Positions 37,307 to 52,180 of a stretch of DNA of 64,000 nt are shown here, piece after piece. The notes beneath the pieces are model-generated. The model was given only the letters and a program-made list of their open reading frames with translations, had not been told where the DNA came from and made no database searches. The stretch is from Octopus vulgaris (lineage: Eukaryota): assembly GCA_951406725.2 (NCBI GenBank), contig OX597827.1, positions 77,996,001-78,060,000 on the forward strand, read 5' to 3'. The first letter of the stretch is position 1, and each line of letters opens with the position of its first letter. Position numbers and translations under genes: made by a program.

Positions 37307-39301
37307 TACATACTCATACATATATATACATACATACGCACATACACATATATGCATGCATATATACATACACGCATATACACACATATATACATGCATA
37401 CATACACATATATATATACATGGATACATACACATATATATACATGCATACATACACATATATATACATGCATACATACACATATATATACATGCATACA
37501 TACACATATATATACATGCATACATACACATATATATACATGCATACATACACATATATATATACATGCATACACACACATATATATACATGCATGCATA
37601 CACACACACATACATACACACATACATACACACATACATACACACACACATATACATACATACATACATACATACATACATACATACATACATACATACA
37701 TACATACATACATACATACATGCATGCATGCATGCATACACACATAAGTTTATGCGAGCTTCTGCACAGTTTCCGTCTGTGAGATACACTCGTCAGGCGT
37801 TGGTCGACCCTGGGAATGCAACAACTGCAGAAACAATAACAATGACAGCAACAACAGCAATTAACTAGTAAATAAAAAGAAATAACATGATGGTATTTAA
37901 TGATAGTGTAGCCATTGCCAGTACAATTTGTGTAGATTTTAGCTGACAATTTCAACAAAAAAAAAACACAATTTCAACAGAGAAACATAACAAAGAATGC
38001 CACCAGAACATATGGACGGATAGAAATGCAACTCGAAGAAACATCTGTTCTGACATTAAACCGCCAAACTACGCCATATTAATGTAAGACAGCGATATTG
38101 ATTGTTTTGCTTTCGAATAGAAATTTCAACACAAATTAGACGGACTTTTACGAATGAGAACAGCAATAATGATAACTCCTCAGAATTACTGATAAAAGGA
38201 GTAAAATAATATTTGATGTCTTAGTCCTAACCTGGATTCTCTTCCTGATACTAACGCAACAGCAACAACAGCAATAATAATCTAACATTTCTTTTCTACT
38301 CTAGGCACAAGGCCCGAAATTTCTTCTTTTTTTTTGGTGGGGGGAAGGGGCCAGTCAGTTAGATCGACCCCAGTATGCAACTGGTACTTAATTTATCGAC
38401 CCCGAAAGGATGAAAGGCAAAGTCGACCTTGGCGGAATTTGAACTCAGAACGTAGCGACAGACGAAATACCTATTTCTTTACTACCCACAAGGACAAACA
38501 AGGACAGACAAACGGATTAAGTCGATTACATCGACCTCTAGTGCGTAACTGGTACTTAATTTATCGACCCTGAAAGGATGAAAGGCAAAGTCGACCACGG
38601 CGGAATTTGAACACAGAACGTAACGGCAGACGAAATACCGCTAAGCATTTCGCCCGGCGTGCTAACATTAGAATTTAGTTCACGGACCCCAGTACTATCT
38701 TTGTGATCACCAGGGATCCGAGGACCACATGTTGGGAACCACTGTACTAGTATAGGTGTGTGTGTATACATATGTACGTTCGTTTGCATGTGCGTACATA
38801 CATATACACACACATACACATCCACCCATACACACACACATACACATAAACACACGCATATATACTCACACACGCGCGCGAACAGTTTTTGGAAGTATTT
38901 TACATGAATTATGAAACTGTGATTCCTGTAATTTAGGACGGTCATTTGGCCAATAAATACATGCACTGGTTGTAGTTCACTTCACTTTTAGTTTTATTGT
39001 TGCAGAATTTGCCATCAAATTTTCCTCACACAACTGTAACCTTCTCCAACGATTTCTAATTATCAAACTTGATATTTCTATGTATGTTAGATTGTCAATC
39101 ATGAGTATGTGCGTTGTTAAGTTATGGTTTTATATATACCCATTTCTTTATTACCACAAGGGGCTAAGCACAGAGGGGACAAACAAGGACAGACAAAGGG
39201 ATTAAGTCGATTATATCGACCCCAGTGCGTAACTGGTACTTATTTAATTTAAGAATGTGTAGTGACTAGCGATCTAACATGGCGAAGGCTGGACAAAAGG
39301 G

Positions 39302-39372
<71 letters not shown>

Positions 39373-40245
39373 GTTTTGAATTTAGTTCACGGACCCCAGT
39401 ACTATCTTTGTGGATCACCAGGGATCCGAGGACCACAGGTTGGGAACCACTGTACTTGTAGATGTAGCTGACGATACCCAGATATGAAGACAGATCTTAT
39501 GTATACATGGATATATATATATATATAACACATATGAAAGTAACACTTCACCAATATGGGCATTATGTAGTGTGTGTACAGCTTGACACATCTATCTAGA
39601 AAACTTTTTATACATAACTATCTCGGAATACCAACATCAGTAACTCCATACAGTCATTTATTTAATACTTTATTTTAACAGTTCTCTAATTAATTGATAA
39701 AAAAAATTCTTTTATGAACGAGTATCAATTGAGGCAAATATCTTCGAGCGGTAATAAAATTATCAATGGATTTCTTGCAGTGTTGTAGAGAGGGGATTTT
39801 GGCGATGAAATACAGACGACAACACTTTGTACATCATGAATTAAACCCACAGTGAAGTTTGTTAGATGGTCGCCCAAGACGTTGTTTGCATCGAAGTGTG
39901 ACTGTGTCAGTGTTTGATCTTCTGGTCTGGCTAACTAGAGCTGTGTATCAAAAGAATGTCGCAATAGATTCCTGTATGTTGTTTCGTTTGATCCAACCAT
40001 CAAACCGCCGCCATTATTACCATCAACTTCCTTCGTATTAAATATCTATGTACATTTGTGTGTGTGTGTATTTATGAATATATATATCTTCCTCTTTATG
40101 ATGTAACAGTTTAACTTCACTACAGTTCCATTACTTTAAATATGTATGTATGTGTGTATGTATGTATGTATGTATGTATGTATGTATGTATGTATGTATG
40201 TATGTATGTGTGTATGTGTGTATGTGTATGTGTATGTGTGTATGT

Positions 40246-40295
<50 letters not shown>

Positions 40296-40729
40296 ATGTA
40301 TGTGTGTATGTATGTATGTATGCATGCGTGTGTGTATGTATAAATGTAATGTATTATGATGGCTGTGTATGTGTGTGTGCGTATTCGCTCTGATTGCAGT
40401 TTTAAAGTTAATTCTCACCAATCCCTGCAAATGTTTATTCTTCTAAATATGGTGATCGCCCTGAAGAGCCCAATACATAAATCTTATAAATCAAAGAATT
40501 ACGTTCTTTCTCCTCAAAACCAATTCAAATAAGAGAGACATCGACGCAGCTGTCGACACTCCTAAACGATCGAGTCACGGGCACACGGTTTCAAATGGCG
40601 TTATTTTATGATTCTCTGAACAAGTTGGGGATCTTTACCTTTTGACCGACAGATTTAAAAAATAATCTTTTGTAACTAAACACTTTCAAACTTCGGACAC
40701 TGGTAGAATGTTTGTGTCATTGTTTAGAA

Positions 40730-40990
40730 AGGAGAACTCGCCAAGGTAATCCGTTCTGAGTTTTGGTTTAGAAGTAGCCGTTGGTGATGCAGAATCCGTG
40801 GGCATGCAAAGCTCGATCAACTGCGGTCCATTGTCTTTTGTAGTACCAGCTTCGCAATGAATTGTGGTCGAGACCTCCTCTGGTGTTGAAGTCACAAGTA
40901 GGAGTAACAGTTCCTGGTTTGGGGTCTGCACTATTATCATTGTGATTTGGATGTATGGAGCTGAAGTGAGAAAATCTTCTCCGTCCAGTT
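40730..40990 (-). mobile_element. RTE-clade LINE apurinic endonuclease remnant
   Basis: Across frameshifts: P.QELLLLL.DFN.R.G.D, NG.QLIELC..HG.CITNGYF..K....W, matching APE GDFNA/NG..L/ITNT.F motifs. Confidence 0.6.
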
Positions 40991-42260
40991 TACGCTAAGA
41001 TCCACCATTTTTAGCGGGGTAAAACACCGAAAGAAATACTGCAGAGTGTTTTGTTCGACGCTCTAACAATTTGTAGCAGTGATTCGAAACCGAATCACTG
41101 TATACGTGGTCAGACATTATGAGAAAATCACCATAGTTTCACATCATCGGTTTATTAACCCGCCAATCAGCGTGAGGCGATGGTGTTGCAGGGTTTTCAC
41201 AAACCTAGAATTTGGTTTCCGGTCCTCTTTAAAAAAAGAAATCGTTTGGCGTAGAGTTTAGAGTCAGACGTCTAACATAGACGGCCGTCACGAAGACAGC
41301 GCAGCTGATTTCAGATATGTTGGGTTAACTGCATGTTGCATGATAACTCTCTGTGTTCTCAGAGCAATATCTATCACCCAGTCTGCAGTTATTGCTATTG
41401 TTCACTGTAAATGGCCAACACAAATTGTTTTTACGTGCAACAATAACTGCTTTGGTTAAACGTTCGCGGGTGTTACTTAAGTTGGGTTTTTTTTCACACG
41501 ACCAAGAAACATATTTTCATTCACCAATGCAACCGTAGCAAACAACCAACACCCATCGCGACATTCTAAAAAAAGGGATGACAAACAAAGCTGACTTCAG
41601 CAGGATTTAATAATAAAAGCCAGTGAGATTTTAAGCCGTCTTAACTTCTAGTTTCACGTTATTATTTATCGATACGATTCAAAGTGATAGCCATCTTGAA
41701 TTATCACTGGTGTCGTTGTACTATAATGTTTTCCGTTCATTCTCTAGCTTCTAAACACATTATTGAACTTCGATTGATGTTTGCGTATTGTTTAGCACCA
41801 AATCACTTCTAATCAGACAGAACTTTTAATCAAATGCAATCCAGCTGTCACCATTTTCGTTTTATATTCCAACAGGTAGAAACAGGACAACATTATCTAG
41901 TGTGTTTCTTTTATAAAGACGTTACGGCTGTTATTTTCCACAGATTTTGTGACCACATAGAGGCTACTTTCTTGGTTCAAATAAGACTTTGTTCCTCTCT
42001 TGCAGTCGTAGATAAACTATGATATAACAGTAACATATATTTGGTGACTATATATATTTACTGCTTACTGTTAAGATCAGCGATTCTCAACCACGGCTCT
42101 CTGAGCCACTTGCAGCCCTCAAGTATTCTTCCGGCGGCCCTCGACGGTATCCTCTTTATAGATATATTAAATTTTTCTATAATTGATTTCCGCTTTACAT
42201 TTTTGGAGCAGCCTCCAAAAAAAAATTTAAGTTTCTCCTACGCTCGGCCACTGGTAGTAG

Positions 42261-42572
42261 AAATTTCGGATCTTTTCGCTTTGACCGGCAAATTTTTAAA
42301 ATAATTTCTTTGTAACTAAAAAATTTTAAACTTCGTATACTGGTAGAATGTGTTTATAAAACATCTTTTTACTCTTGGCTTTCTTGAGAAAATTCTGTAG
42401 TTTGTAAGCTATTTGTTGTTAAATTTCTTGCATTTCGACAATTTCAACCAATCAATGACGTCTATTGAGGTGTTTTATAAACACATTCTACCAGTATACG
42501 AAATTTAAAAGTGTTTAGTTACAAAGAAATTATTTTTAAAATCTGCCGGTCAAAGCGAAAAGATCCAAAATT
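42261..42572. mobile_element. MITE with ~105-bp terminal inverted repeats
   Basis: ggatcttttcgctttgaccggca...atactggtagaatgtgtttataaaaca is mirrored at 42468-42572; single-arm relatives at 40627-40720 and 46600-46697. Confidence 0.8.
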
Positions 42573-42596
42573 TCTAAAAATTCTTTATTACCCTGA

Positions 42597-42642
<46 letters not shown>

Positions 42643-44169
42643 TTCATATATGCGCATTCATTATGTGTATATATGCATGTAGAGGAGCGTGGTTTAGTGG
42701 TTAGGGTGCTGCTCTGAGGATCATAAGATTGCGGGTTCGATCCTTGAACTGGGTGATGCGTTGTGTTCTTAAGCAAAACACTTTATTTCACATTGCTGCA
42801 GTCCACTCAGCTGGCAAAAATGAGTCACTCTGCGACTGACCGGTGTTCCGTCCAGAGGGGAGTGGAACATAATGGCCACAGAATCCGGGAAACTGGTTTT
42901 ATGAGCCTAGGGCTCAAGAAGAAGCTTTGATCCTTTTTTTTATGGATATATATATACATACACATATAAATACATAAACATGTGTGTATATGTATATGTG
43001 TATGTATGTACTTATGTAATGACAATATCATGTAACTATATATGTACGACCGCACATACGTATGAATGTGTGTATGCGCGCGTGTGTGTGTGCGTGTGCG
43101 TGTGTGTATGTGTATGTTTACTATGTCAAGAAGTAAAACTTAATCATTCGATAAATAGAAATCGATAAAAGAAGCACTTGACCGAAATAAGAGGGTGGGG
43201 ATCGATATAATCGACTGAGAACAAGGGCTTGTCATCTTAAGTGGCTGATGTATAAAACGACCAGGAACAAAGGAACGAAATAGTCAGCCGTTGTCACTTT
43301 GAATGTCGCCACGAAATAAAAACCGTTTCAGAAATGTTGTGGGAAAGCAAACTCTTCAGAGTCCTCGATGTCCCCACCCGGCCACCGACCCACACTTCCG
43401 GCACTTCTGCCTTCGCTTCCTTCATTTTTATTTCTTTCCGGCTCCAGCCTGGCCACTCTCTTTCTTCTAAAATGTGAGTAGTCGTGTGGCTACCCTGCTC
43501 CATAAAACCTGTTCTGTTCTAGCCCCTTTTCTTACTCTCTAACCCCTCTTAAAGCATAAAGCTGTCTCCCTCTCTACAGTAGCCGCAATCAGTCTAAGCG
43601 GATCTTAACTTTGTGGACTTCATGGCAGCAACCTCACTAGTGCTGGTGCCATGGATCTAGCACCCAGTATCGGCTGTAAAGTGGTTGGCGTTAGGAAGGA
43701 CATCCGGCCATAGAGACCATGTTAAAGCTGATGACTGGAGCATGGAGCAGACTTCGAGTGTATCGGCTCCGGTCAAAATGTCTCGCCCATGGAGCATGAA
43801 CTGAACATTAAACGACGATGAAGATGATTACGATGACGACGACGGCGGTATTGCTGCTGACAAGAAGAAGAAGAAGAAGAAGATGATGACGATGTCGACG
43901 ATGACGACGAATAGTGAACTGGGGAAATATAACAAGATGGAACAGTTAAATGAATGCCAAGGAACTGCATAGTAGATAGACACCCCGTCAACATTTCTTA
44001 AACAGTCTTAGTTTATCTGAGATACTTAATCGCTGAGACTGCACCACTCAAAAGGTTGTCGGTGCTATGACTTCACGCGTATGTGAATGAAACAAATGCA
44101 ATGGGGATACGTCTAGAATGCTGACGTTTTACCTTCGTTCGTCGAGGAAGATTCGGTTGTATAAACATA

Positions 44170-44570
44170 CTAGCAGTATTGCCCGGCGTTGCTGGGGTTT
44201 GTTTTCTTTTCGACCCTTTAGAATTGGAATTTTTGAAAAGTAAAAACTTTGCATTATGTAGCTTGTTATTCTCTTTAAGTGAACATTTTTCTGGTTGAAA
44301 TACACCGAAAAATGGCGACACAGCAGTCAAAAAATCGTTAAAAAAAATAGGGATTTTCATAGAAAAAAAGCACATTTTTAATGTAAATAATTTTTGGTGT
44401 TAACATGGTCCGATTTGAATTTTATTTTCTACAGAAGGAAGAGCAAGCCTTCTTCTATAATACTCCCAATTTTGGTCAACTTGTGCCGCAGGGTTTCGGA
44501 GGAGATAGGGTTAGTTGAAGGCTACCAAACCTGCCACACACAGACAACTTCAGTTTTATAGAGAGAGAGA
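44170..44570 (-). mobile_element. Non-autonomous Helitron, complete
   Basis: Minus strand reads A|TC...ccccagcaacgccgggcaatactgCTAG|T: TC start, subterminal GC-rich segment, CTAG end, AT target site, no TSD. Confidence 0.85.
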
Positions 44571-45149
44571 TTAAGAAGGAACGCAGAAACGAAGTGTTCA
44601 CATTATATCATCGGGAAACGATAGCCGTGTTAGAAAGAAAGTGAAAATATCTTCATTGAAGACCAAAGTCCATGTCAGGAGCGATATTATTCGCCAGGGA
44701 TTGGCCGTTCCTTCATGGAATCGTTAACTTATCGACCTCAGTCATGTAAATTTCTAAAATAAAATTAAGTATAATTAATTTTTAAAATTCTTGATTTAAA
44801 AACAATAATTACTTTTTTTTCTTGATGCTACAACCGCTTTTTGATTAGAAATATTCAAAGAAGTTTAATGAAACTACATAACGAATTTTTTTAGTTTTAT
44901 CAGCGTAAACCCGTTCGAGATTGCCTTTCATCTTTACAGACTTCATGGCATCATTAATGAAAGTTTTTCTTCCAAATAACAGACACATAGGCATTGTTTT
45001 ATTGACAAGTTTTGATATAAAACCAAATTTTAAATAGTCTTGGCATTTCTTAGTATCGGGATAGCCATTATGGGTGCTAAATTAAAAAAAAATGTCAGCT
45101 AACTGTAAGTGGGCAATGAGTGCACATTATAAGTAAAGATCGTTTAGAC

Positions 45150-45372
45150 CAGTGGTTTTCAACCAGGGTTCCGCCAGTACAGTCCAGGGGTTCCGCCAGT
45201 ACAGTCCAGGGGTTCCGCAAGGAGTTACAAAACTGCTAAAATCGGCAGTAATTTTTTATTCTCCTGTGCAGATATGCGTGCATAAGACTATTAAATTATT
45301 GCACAGGGGTTCCTCGAGCCAGTGGAATGTTTCTTTGGGGTTCCGCTCTAGCAAAAAGTTTGAAAAGCACTG
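45150..45372. mobile_element. hAT-superfamily MITE
   Basis: TIRs cagtggttttcaacc / gtttgaaaagcactg; perfect 8-bp TSD gtttagac at 45142-45149 and 45373-45380. Confidence 0.92.
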
Positions 45373-47202
45373 GTTTAGACTGTCTTCATGAAACGGGCGC
45401 GCTTATCTGTAGTTGCTCGCCGACCTGCCGACAGGCGGCGTTGCATGTTTATTAGTTGTATGTCAACGACATTATATCTGTTAAAGATTTTTGAATTTCC
45501 ATGTTGTATTCAAGATGGACCTTTTTAAATCGATTCTTATTTATGTTTAAAAAAATACAATTCGTTAATAATTCAGTACCTTTAATGCTCAAAATCGTTT
45601 CATATTTTTCGCGTTCCTTTGTGCCAAAATTTGGAACCAGTCCTAGTCGTTAGAACATGGGACAAAACTTCTTTGTATTTATTGATTCTAGTTTCTTGAG
45701 CTCTGAGTTCGAATCTCGTAAAAGTCAACCCTTCTTTTCTCCTTTCGAAGTCGTTCAATAAGGCACCGCTCTAAGGGAACACAATGGTGGTATCATGAAA
45801 GCATCGTACAAAATGCTTCTAGTATTTGTTCCTACTCTTCGCTTTCTGAGTTCGAATCGCACCGTGACCTACATGGATGACAGCCTTAACCCATCGTTCG
45901 GTTTAACACGACCCTTATAGACGTCCACTCTGTTGTTAGTATTTAAGCCAGGACTCTGGTTTGAGGATAACTTCCTCTCGTCAATCACGAAAACCCAGCA
46001 AAAAGTTAGGAGTCGAGCCCTTCCCTCTGGGCATCTTTTTCTTTCTTTTTTTTTTGTTGCTAAAGCCCTAAGACCCAATCACCGTTGGCTTACAAGTAAT
46101 CAAAATCATAATATTCCTCCAGAACGGGATGCAGGTCTGTTGCAGAGTTCAAGACCAACAATTTTGAGGGGAGGGGACATGTCGAGTACACTAACCCAAG
46201 TACTTGACTGGTACTTTATTTTATTGACCACAAATGGATGAAAGGCAAAGCTTTAAGCAACTGTAACTAAGGATCGAAATCGAACATGACCGTAATCTTT
46301 TAATGAAACAAAAAAAAAAACATCAAAAAACAAAACAAAACAAAAAACCCCAACAATGTTATAAAAATCTATAAATTTTTTGCATTAAAATAGAAATTAG
46401 ACATGACTGTGTGGTAAGAACTTTACTTCCCAACCACATGATGCCGGGTTCAGTCTCACTGCGCGAACTCTAGGTGCAGTAATTTTCTTCAGCTGAATAC
46501 ACGTCATTCGTTGGTTAAAATTACCCAAATACGACAACTTTAACTCGAAATGACTTCTAAGATACAAAATTTTATGAAAAACGTTAAGAGTAAACCCTGT
46601 TCTATGTGACATATTCGACCAGTATCCGAAGTTTCAAAGTGTTTAGTTTTAAAAAATTAATTTTAAAAAACTGTCCGTCAAATGGAATAGATCCCTCGTC
46701 TACTATAATAGGACGACCAAATCATTGTGATCGGATTTGGAAGATGGAAACTGACAAAAAGCTCATCGTGTGTGTGTGTGTTTGTGTCCATCACCACCTC
46801 CTGATAATTGGTATCGATTTCTTTCTGTCCCCATGACTCAGCGGTCTGGTAATAATGAGTGATAGAATATGTACCAGGTTTTTAAAAAATACAAGTACTG
46901 GCTTCATTCGACTAAAAGTGTGTGTGCGCATATATATATATGTATGTGTGTGTGTGTGTCGATGCGCATGTTTGTGTTTGTCCCCCACAACCGTTTAACA
47001 ACTGCTGTTGGTGTGTTTATGTTCGTGTAACCTAGTGATTCGGCAAAAGGAACCGATAGAATAAGTATCGGGCTTTTGAAAAACAAGTCCTGGGGCCGAT
47101 TTGTTCGACTAAACCCTTCAAGGCAGTGCTCCAGCTAGATCGCGGTCCAATGATTGAAACAGTAAAAGATATGAGATATATATATATCTTACATACACAT
47201 AT

Positions 47203-47633
47203 GGTGCAGGAGTGGTAAGAAGCTTGCTTACCAACCACATGGTTCCGGGTTCAATCCCACTGCGTGACACCTTGGGTATGTGTCTTCTACTATAACCTCG
47301 GGCCGACCAATGCCTTGTGAGTGGATTTGGTAGACGGAAACTGAATATGTATGTACGTACGTACGTATGTATGTATGTATGTATGTATGTATGTATGTAT
47401 GTATGTATGTATGTATGTATGTATGTATGTATGTACGTGTCTGTGTTTGTCCCCCCCCCCCCAACATCGCTTGACATCCGATGCTGGTGTGAGTATGTCC
47501 CCGTAACTTAGCGGTTCAGCAAAAAAGACCGATAGAATAAGTACTAGGCTTACAAAGTCCTGGGGTCGATTGGCTCGACTAAAGGCGGTGCTCCAGCATG
47601 GCCGCAGTCAAATGACTGAAACAAGTAAAAGAG
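47203..47633 (+). mobile_element. SINE family A copy (older fragments upstream at 46400-47170)
   Basis: Aligns to family A. Confidence 0.85.
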
Positions 47634-48164
47634 TATATCTATTTGTCTAGGCATTGGCGAAACCCGTGAAAATTCCTTGTTTTAACACACACACATACAC
47701 AAACTTTTGCCCATATGCAAAATCAGGCGTACATAGTTTAAACCGAATCATTTTAATAATCGCCAGCTTCTTTCGCAGCCACCGCCATCTTGTCTCTTCC
47801 ACCACCACCACTGTCACTACAACCCCCCACAGCCCCAACACACCCGTCCCTGTATTTATATATTTGAAGGAAAGCTGTGTGGAATGCCATCTCCGTTATG
47901 GCGACGTTTGCCGTAAATCGCAAATACTTGCCGCCTTCATCGATTTTCGCCTTCGACTACTGTTATTGTTGTGTCTCAGGGTGTTTGGCTGCTGGCACAC
48001 GGCAATGACGCCATTGCTAAATACTTCACCACCTCCACCTCCCTCTGTTTCCTACCACCACCAAAACCACTTCCACCACCTTCTGTTCCCTTCCACCGCT
48101 ACCACCTCACACTCAACCTGCAGGGAGCAACTTGCCTCGGTTTCAGCTGGAAATTTAATAGCTC

Positions 48165-48242
<78 letters not shown>

Positions 48243-49096
48243 TGTTTGTGTGTGTGAGTGTGTGTATGTGTGTGTGCGCATGTTTGCATGTGTCTGCGTT
48301 TATGCTTGTGTATGTGCGTTTGTGATTACGCGTGCATGCATGTTTGTGTATGTGGGTTTGCGTATTTACGTGTGCGTGCATGTGTGTGTGTGTGTGTGGT
48401 GTTGTGTATGTTTGTTACGTTGTATATGTAGTTATTTTGGCCCAGGTCAGCCCTGAGTGAGCAGACCTATGATCAAAATTATTCCAGCCATGACAATCCT
48501 ACCTATCTCCTATGTACAATGAACCGAGGCGTGCACTATCCAACGCGTTCAGTTTTTCTTATAAAACAGTAGGGTGTGATATGGGGTAGATTTGGCAGCT
48601 ATTTCTAGCAGGTCGTATTGAACGGCCTCCTGGAGGCTCCCTTATCAGCTCGCCCTGGTGTATTAAACTTTTCTCTCTGCGTATGTGAGTGTATTTGCCT
48701 CTGTTGTTTTGTCAGTGCGTCTATTATTTTTGTGTGTGCATGTGTGTGTTGTATCGTGTATATTATATGTATGTGTGTGTGTGGGTCCGTTGTATGTGCG
48801 TATAATGTGGTTCCGTGATTGTTGTTCAACCCAAGGCCATCGCTTGTGATCAAAGGCTCTTCAGCCTTGAGGATTCCGTCAATTTTTTTTCCTATGAATG
48901 TAGGACTCCATTACCCAAAGTGTCCTCTTATAAAATAAATCTTAAGTTTGTTTGTAGCTTTTGTATGTTGACGATTATAGTACATCCGTTGCAATGTGTG
49001 TGTGTGTGTGTGTGAGACACTGTGTATGTATCTATGTAGTTGATACGGGTGCAAGCCTTGCTTATGTGTGAGTTGAAGTGGTTTCTCAGACTTTAA

Positions 49097-49146
<50 letters not shown>

Positions 49147-49241
49147 AATATAATTCTTCTGAATCTTCAGATTCTTCAATATGCTAGACCACTGGTTTTA
49201 AATTGATATTCAATTTTTCACCCTTATTATTTTAAATTATA

Positions 49242-49459
49242 TACTCTTTACTCTTTTACTTGTTTCAGTCATTTGACTGCGGCCATGCTGGAGCACCGCC
49301 TCTAGTCGAGCAAATCGACCCCAGGACTTATTCTTTGTAAGCCCAGTACTTATTCTATCGGTCTCTTTTTTGGCCGAACCACTAAGTGACAGGGACGTAA
49401 ACACACCAGCATCGGTTGTCAAGCAATGTAGGGGGACAAACACAGACACACAAACACAT

Positions 49460-49490
<31 letters not shown>

Positions 49491-49647
49491 CATATATACG
49501 ACAGGCTTCTTTCAGTTTCTGTCTACCAAATCCACTCACAAGGCATTGGTCGGCCCGGGGCTACAGCAGAAGACACTTGCCCAAGATGCCACGCAGTGGG
49601 ACTGAACCCGGAACCATGTGGTTGGTTAGCAAGCTACTTACCACACA
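49242..49647 (-). mobile_element. SINE family A copy
   Basis: Reverse complement of family A; similar minus copies at 7875-8140, 56055-56481 and 60400-60818. Confidence 0.9.
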
Positions 49648-49671
49648 TCTATATATTTATATAGATAAACA

Positions 49672-49749
<78 letters not shown>

Positions 49750-50785
49750 TATCTATATAAATATATTCTTTAATTGTTTTATATGTTTTAGCCTCGAGGC
49801 TGCTGCGGCCATGCAAGAACTCTCGATATATAGATAAAACTTACTTAGAAATGGATGCGTGCGTTCCGTCATATAATAAATTAATAAATAAAACATATGC
49901 ATATATACATACATCTATATGTATATACACATGCATATATGGGTACAGGACACCAAAAAAAAAATGTCGAACACAATGAGAAACGAAAACATAAACACAA
50001 AACCAGCCGCCTCTGTTTCATCTACTCCGCGTTCGAAGGTAAAGGCGAGACACGACTCCGTTGAAACAGTCCTTCCCGCAAAAGCAGATTAAATGAAATT
50101 TGCGATTTTTTTGCTGAGGGGTAAAAATGGTAACAAAATGGTAACAAAAACAGGACAGTAAAGACAGTACAAAATATAAACAGTAAAAGACAGGACAAGG
50201 AGAATAACAGTAACACAAACATTAAGAGCTGTTAAGCCAGAACGAAAGAAAAAATATTATGAAGGCTTTTGAAGACGGCAAGAGAGAAACAGGAAAGCCA
50301 TCCACACTTGAAGGAAGCCAGGTCAGAAAGACAGTAGCAGACCTCTTGTTGCGGGTCAACGACGGGAGGGAGGAGGAGGAGCAAGAGAAAGGGAGAGAAA
50401 AAAAGGGAATGGTTGTAGTGACCTTATCTTATCGCCCATAACTTGTCATGCGCTCATAAATTAGTTTGATAGTTGAGCTCTGATTGAATGAATGCAAATG
50501 AGTTCATAACTGGGGTCCGGAACTCTTATGGGGAAAAATTTCGCGGTCGAGAACGTTCATAGAAACGCCATTGGGTGGGTTACAAAACTATAGAGTCTCA
50601 CTGATATCACATAGAGGTCCTTCTGTCACTTGCGCTGGTAGCCTTTCTTTAACATTAGTTAGGCAGTGTCTGGGTCAAAACAGAGGGTTATTTTAAATTT
50701 TAATGCCAATTCGCGAAGAAGCTATTTTGCCTGTTAAAATTATCAACTGCCTCGATCGAACCACTTCAATTGTATACAATGTAAA

Positions 50786-51160
50786 GTGGAGGCGCAATGG
50801 CCCAGTGGTTAGGGCAGCGGACTCGCGGTCGTAGGATTGCGGTTTCGATTCTCAGACTGGGCGTTGTGAGTGTTTATTGAGCGAAAACACCTAAAGCTCC
50901 GCGAGGCTCCGGCAGGGATGGTGGTGATCTCTGCTGTACTCTTTCACCACAACTTTCTCTCACTCTTACTTCCTGTTTCTGTTGTACCTGTATTTCAAAG
51001 GGCCGGCCTTGTCACTCTCTGTGTCACGCTGAATATCCCCGAGAACTACGTTAAGGATACACGTGCTCAGCCACTTACACGTTAATTTCACGAGCAGGCT
51101 GTTCCGTTGATCGGATCAACCGGAACCCTCGTCGTCGTAACCGACGAAGTGCTTCCATCC
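50786..51160 (+). mobile_element. SINE family B copy
   Basis: Aligns to 35303-35690; imperfect TSD acaatg(t)aa.g. Confidence 0.9.
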
Positions 51161-51302
51161 ACACAATGAAAGGTTTGACAAACACTTCAGTATGTGAGAT
51201 CGCATCAAATTTTTATCATACATCGCTAATGTACTTAATAAATATATAACGTTGCTGGGGAAATAATAATATCGGAGTTATATCTACAGCATTTTCAGAA
51301 AT

Positions 51303-51790
51303 AGGCGCAGGAGTGTCTGTGTGGTAAGTAGCTTGCTTACGAACCACATGGTTCTGGGTTCAGTCCCACTGCGTGGTACCTTGGGCAAGTGTCTTCCACT
51401 ATAGCCTCGCGCCGACCAAAGCCTTGTGAGTGGATTTTGTAAACGGAAACTGAAAGAAGCCCGTCCGATATATATATATATATATATATATATCTTTCCC
51501 CGTCTGTCTTGATAGACAATGGGTTGCGCCAAGGGTGGGGCCTATATGTATATATATATATGTACGTGTGTGTGTATATGTTTGTGTGTCTGTGTTTCCC
51601 CCACCCCATCATCGCTTGACAACCGATGCTGGTGTGTTTACGTCCCCGTAACTTAGCGGTTCGGCAAAAAGAGACCGATAGAATAAATACTAGTCTTACC
51701 AAGAATAAGTCCTGTGGTCGATTTGCTCGACTAAAGGCGGTGCTCCAGCATGGCCATAGTCAAATGACTGAAACCAGTAAAAGAGAGTAA
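51303..51790 (+). mobile_element. SINE family A copy with a ~50-bp insertion in its (TA)n tract
   Basis: Aligns to family A; extra sequence at 51493-51543. Confidence 0.85.
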
Positions 51791-52180
51791 ATACGCGTGA
51801 CGACGAATTGGGGAACAAGGGAGATTCTACGGAACGGCTCGACCAGTTTTAAACAACAATCAATCAAACACTTTGAAGTGACACCACACCGCCTTTTAAA
51901 AGAAATGCAACATCAAAAAGATACTTCAGCTGATGTAGGGCGAGACTCACTATACCTGAAAATGAAAAAAAAAAAGAAGAAAAAAAAGAAGAAAAGGGGC
52001 AGGGTTGTCACGGTTGGAACACTTTTGATCGTAGGTCTACTTTTTGATCCGGGATTAAACGATAACAAACAAACACCAATTTCATGAAATTTCATACATT
52101 TATTGGGTCGCTTTTCACGGTGGAAAGACGACCGAATTTCCCCTGCATTTTCACAAGATTAAATGGGATTTTTTTTTTTT

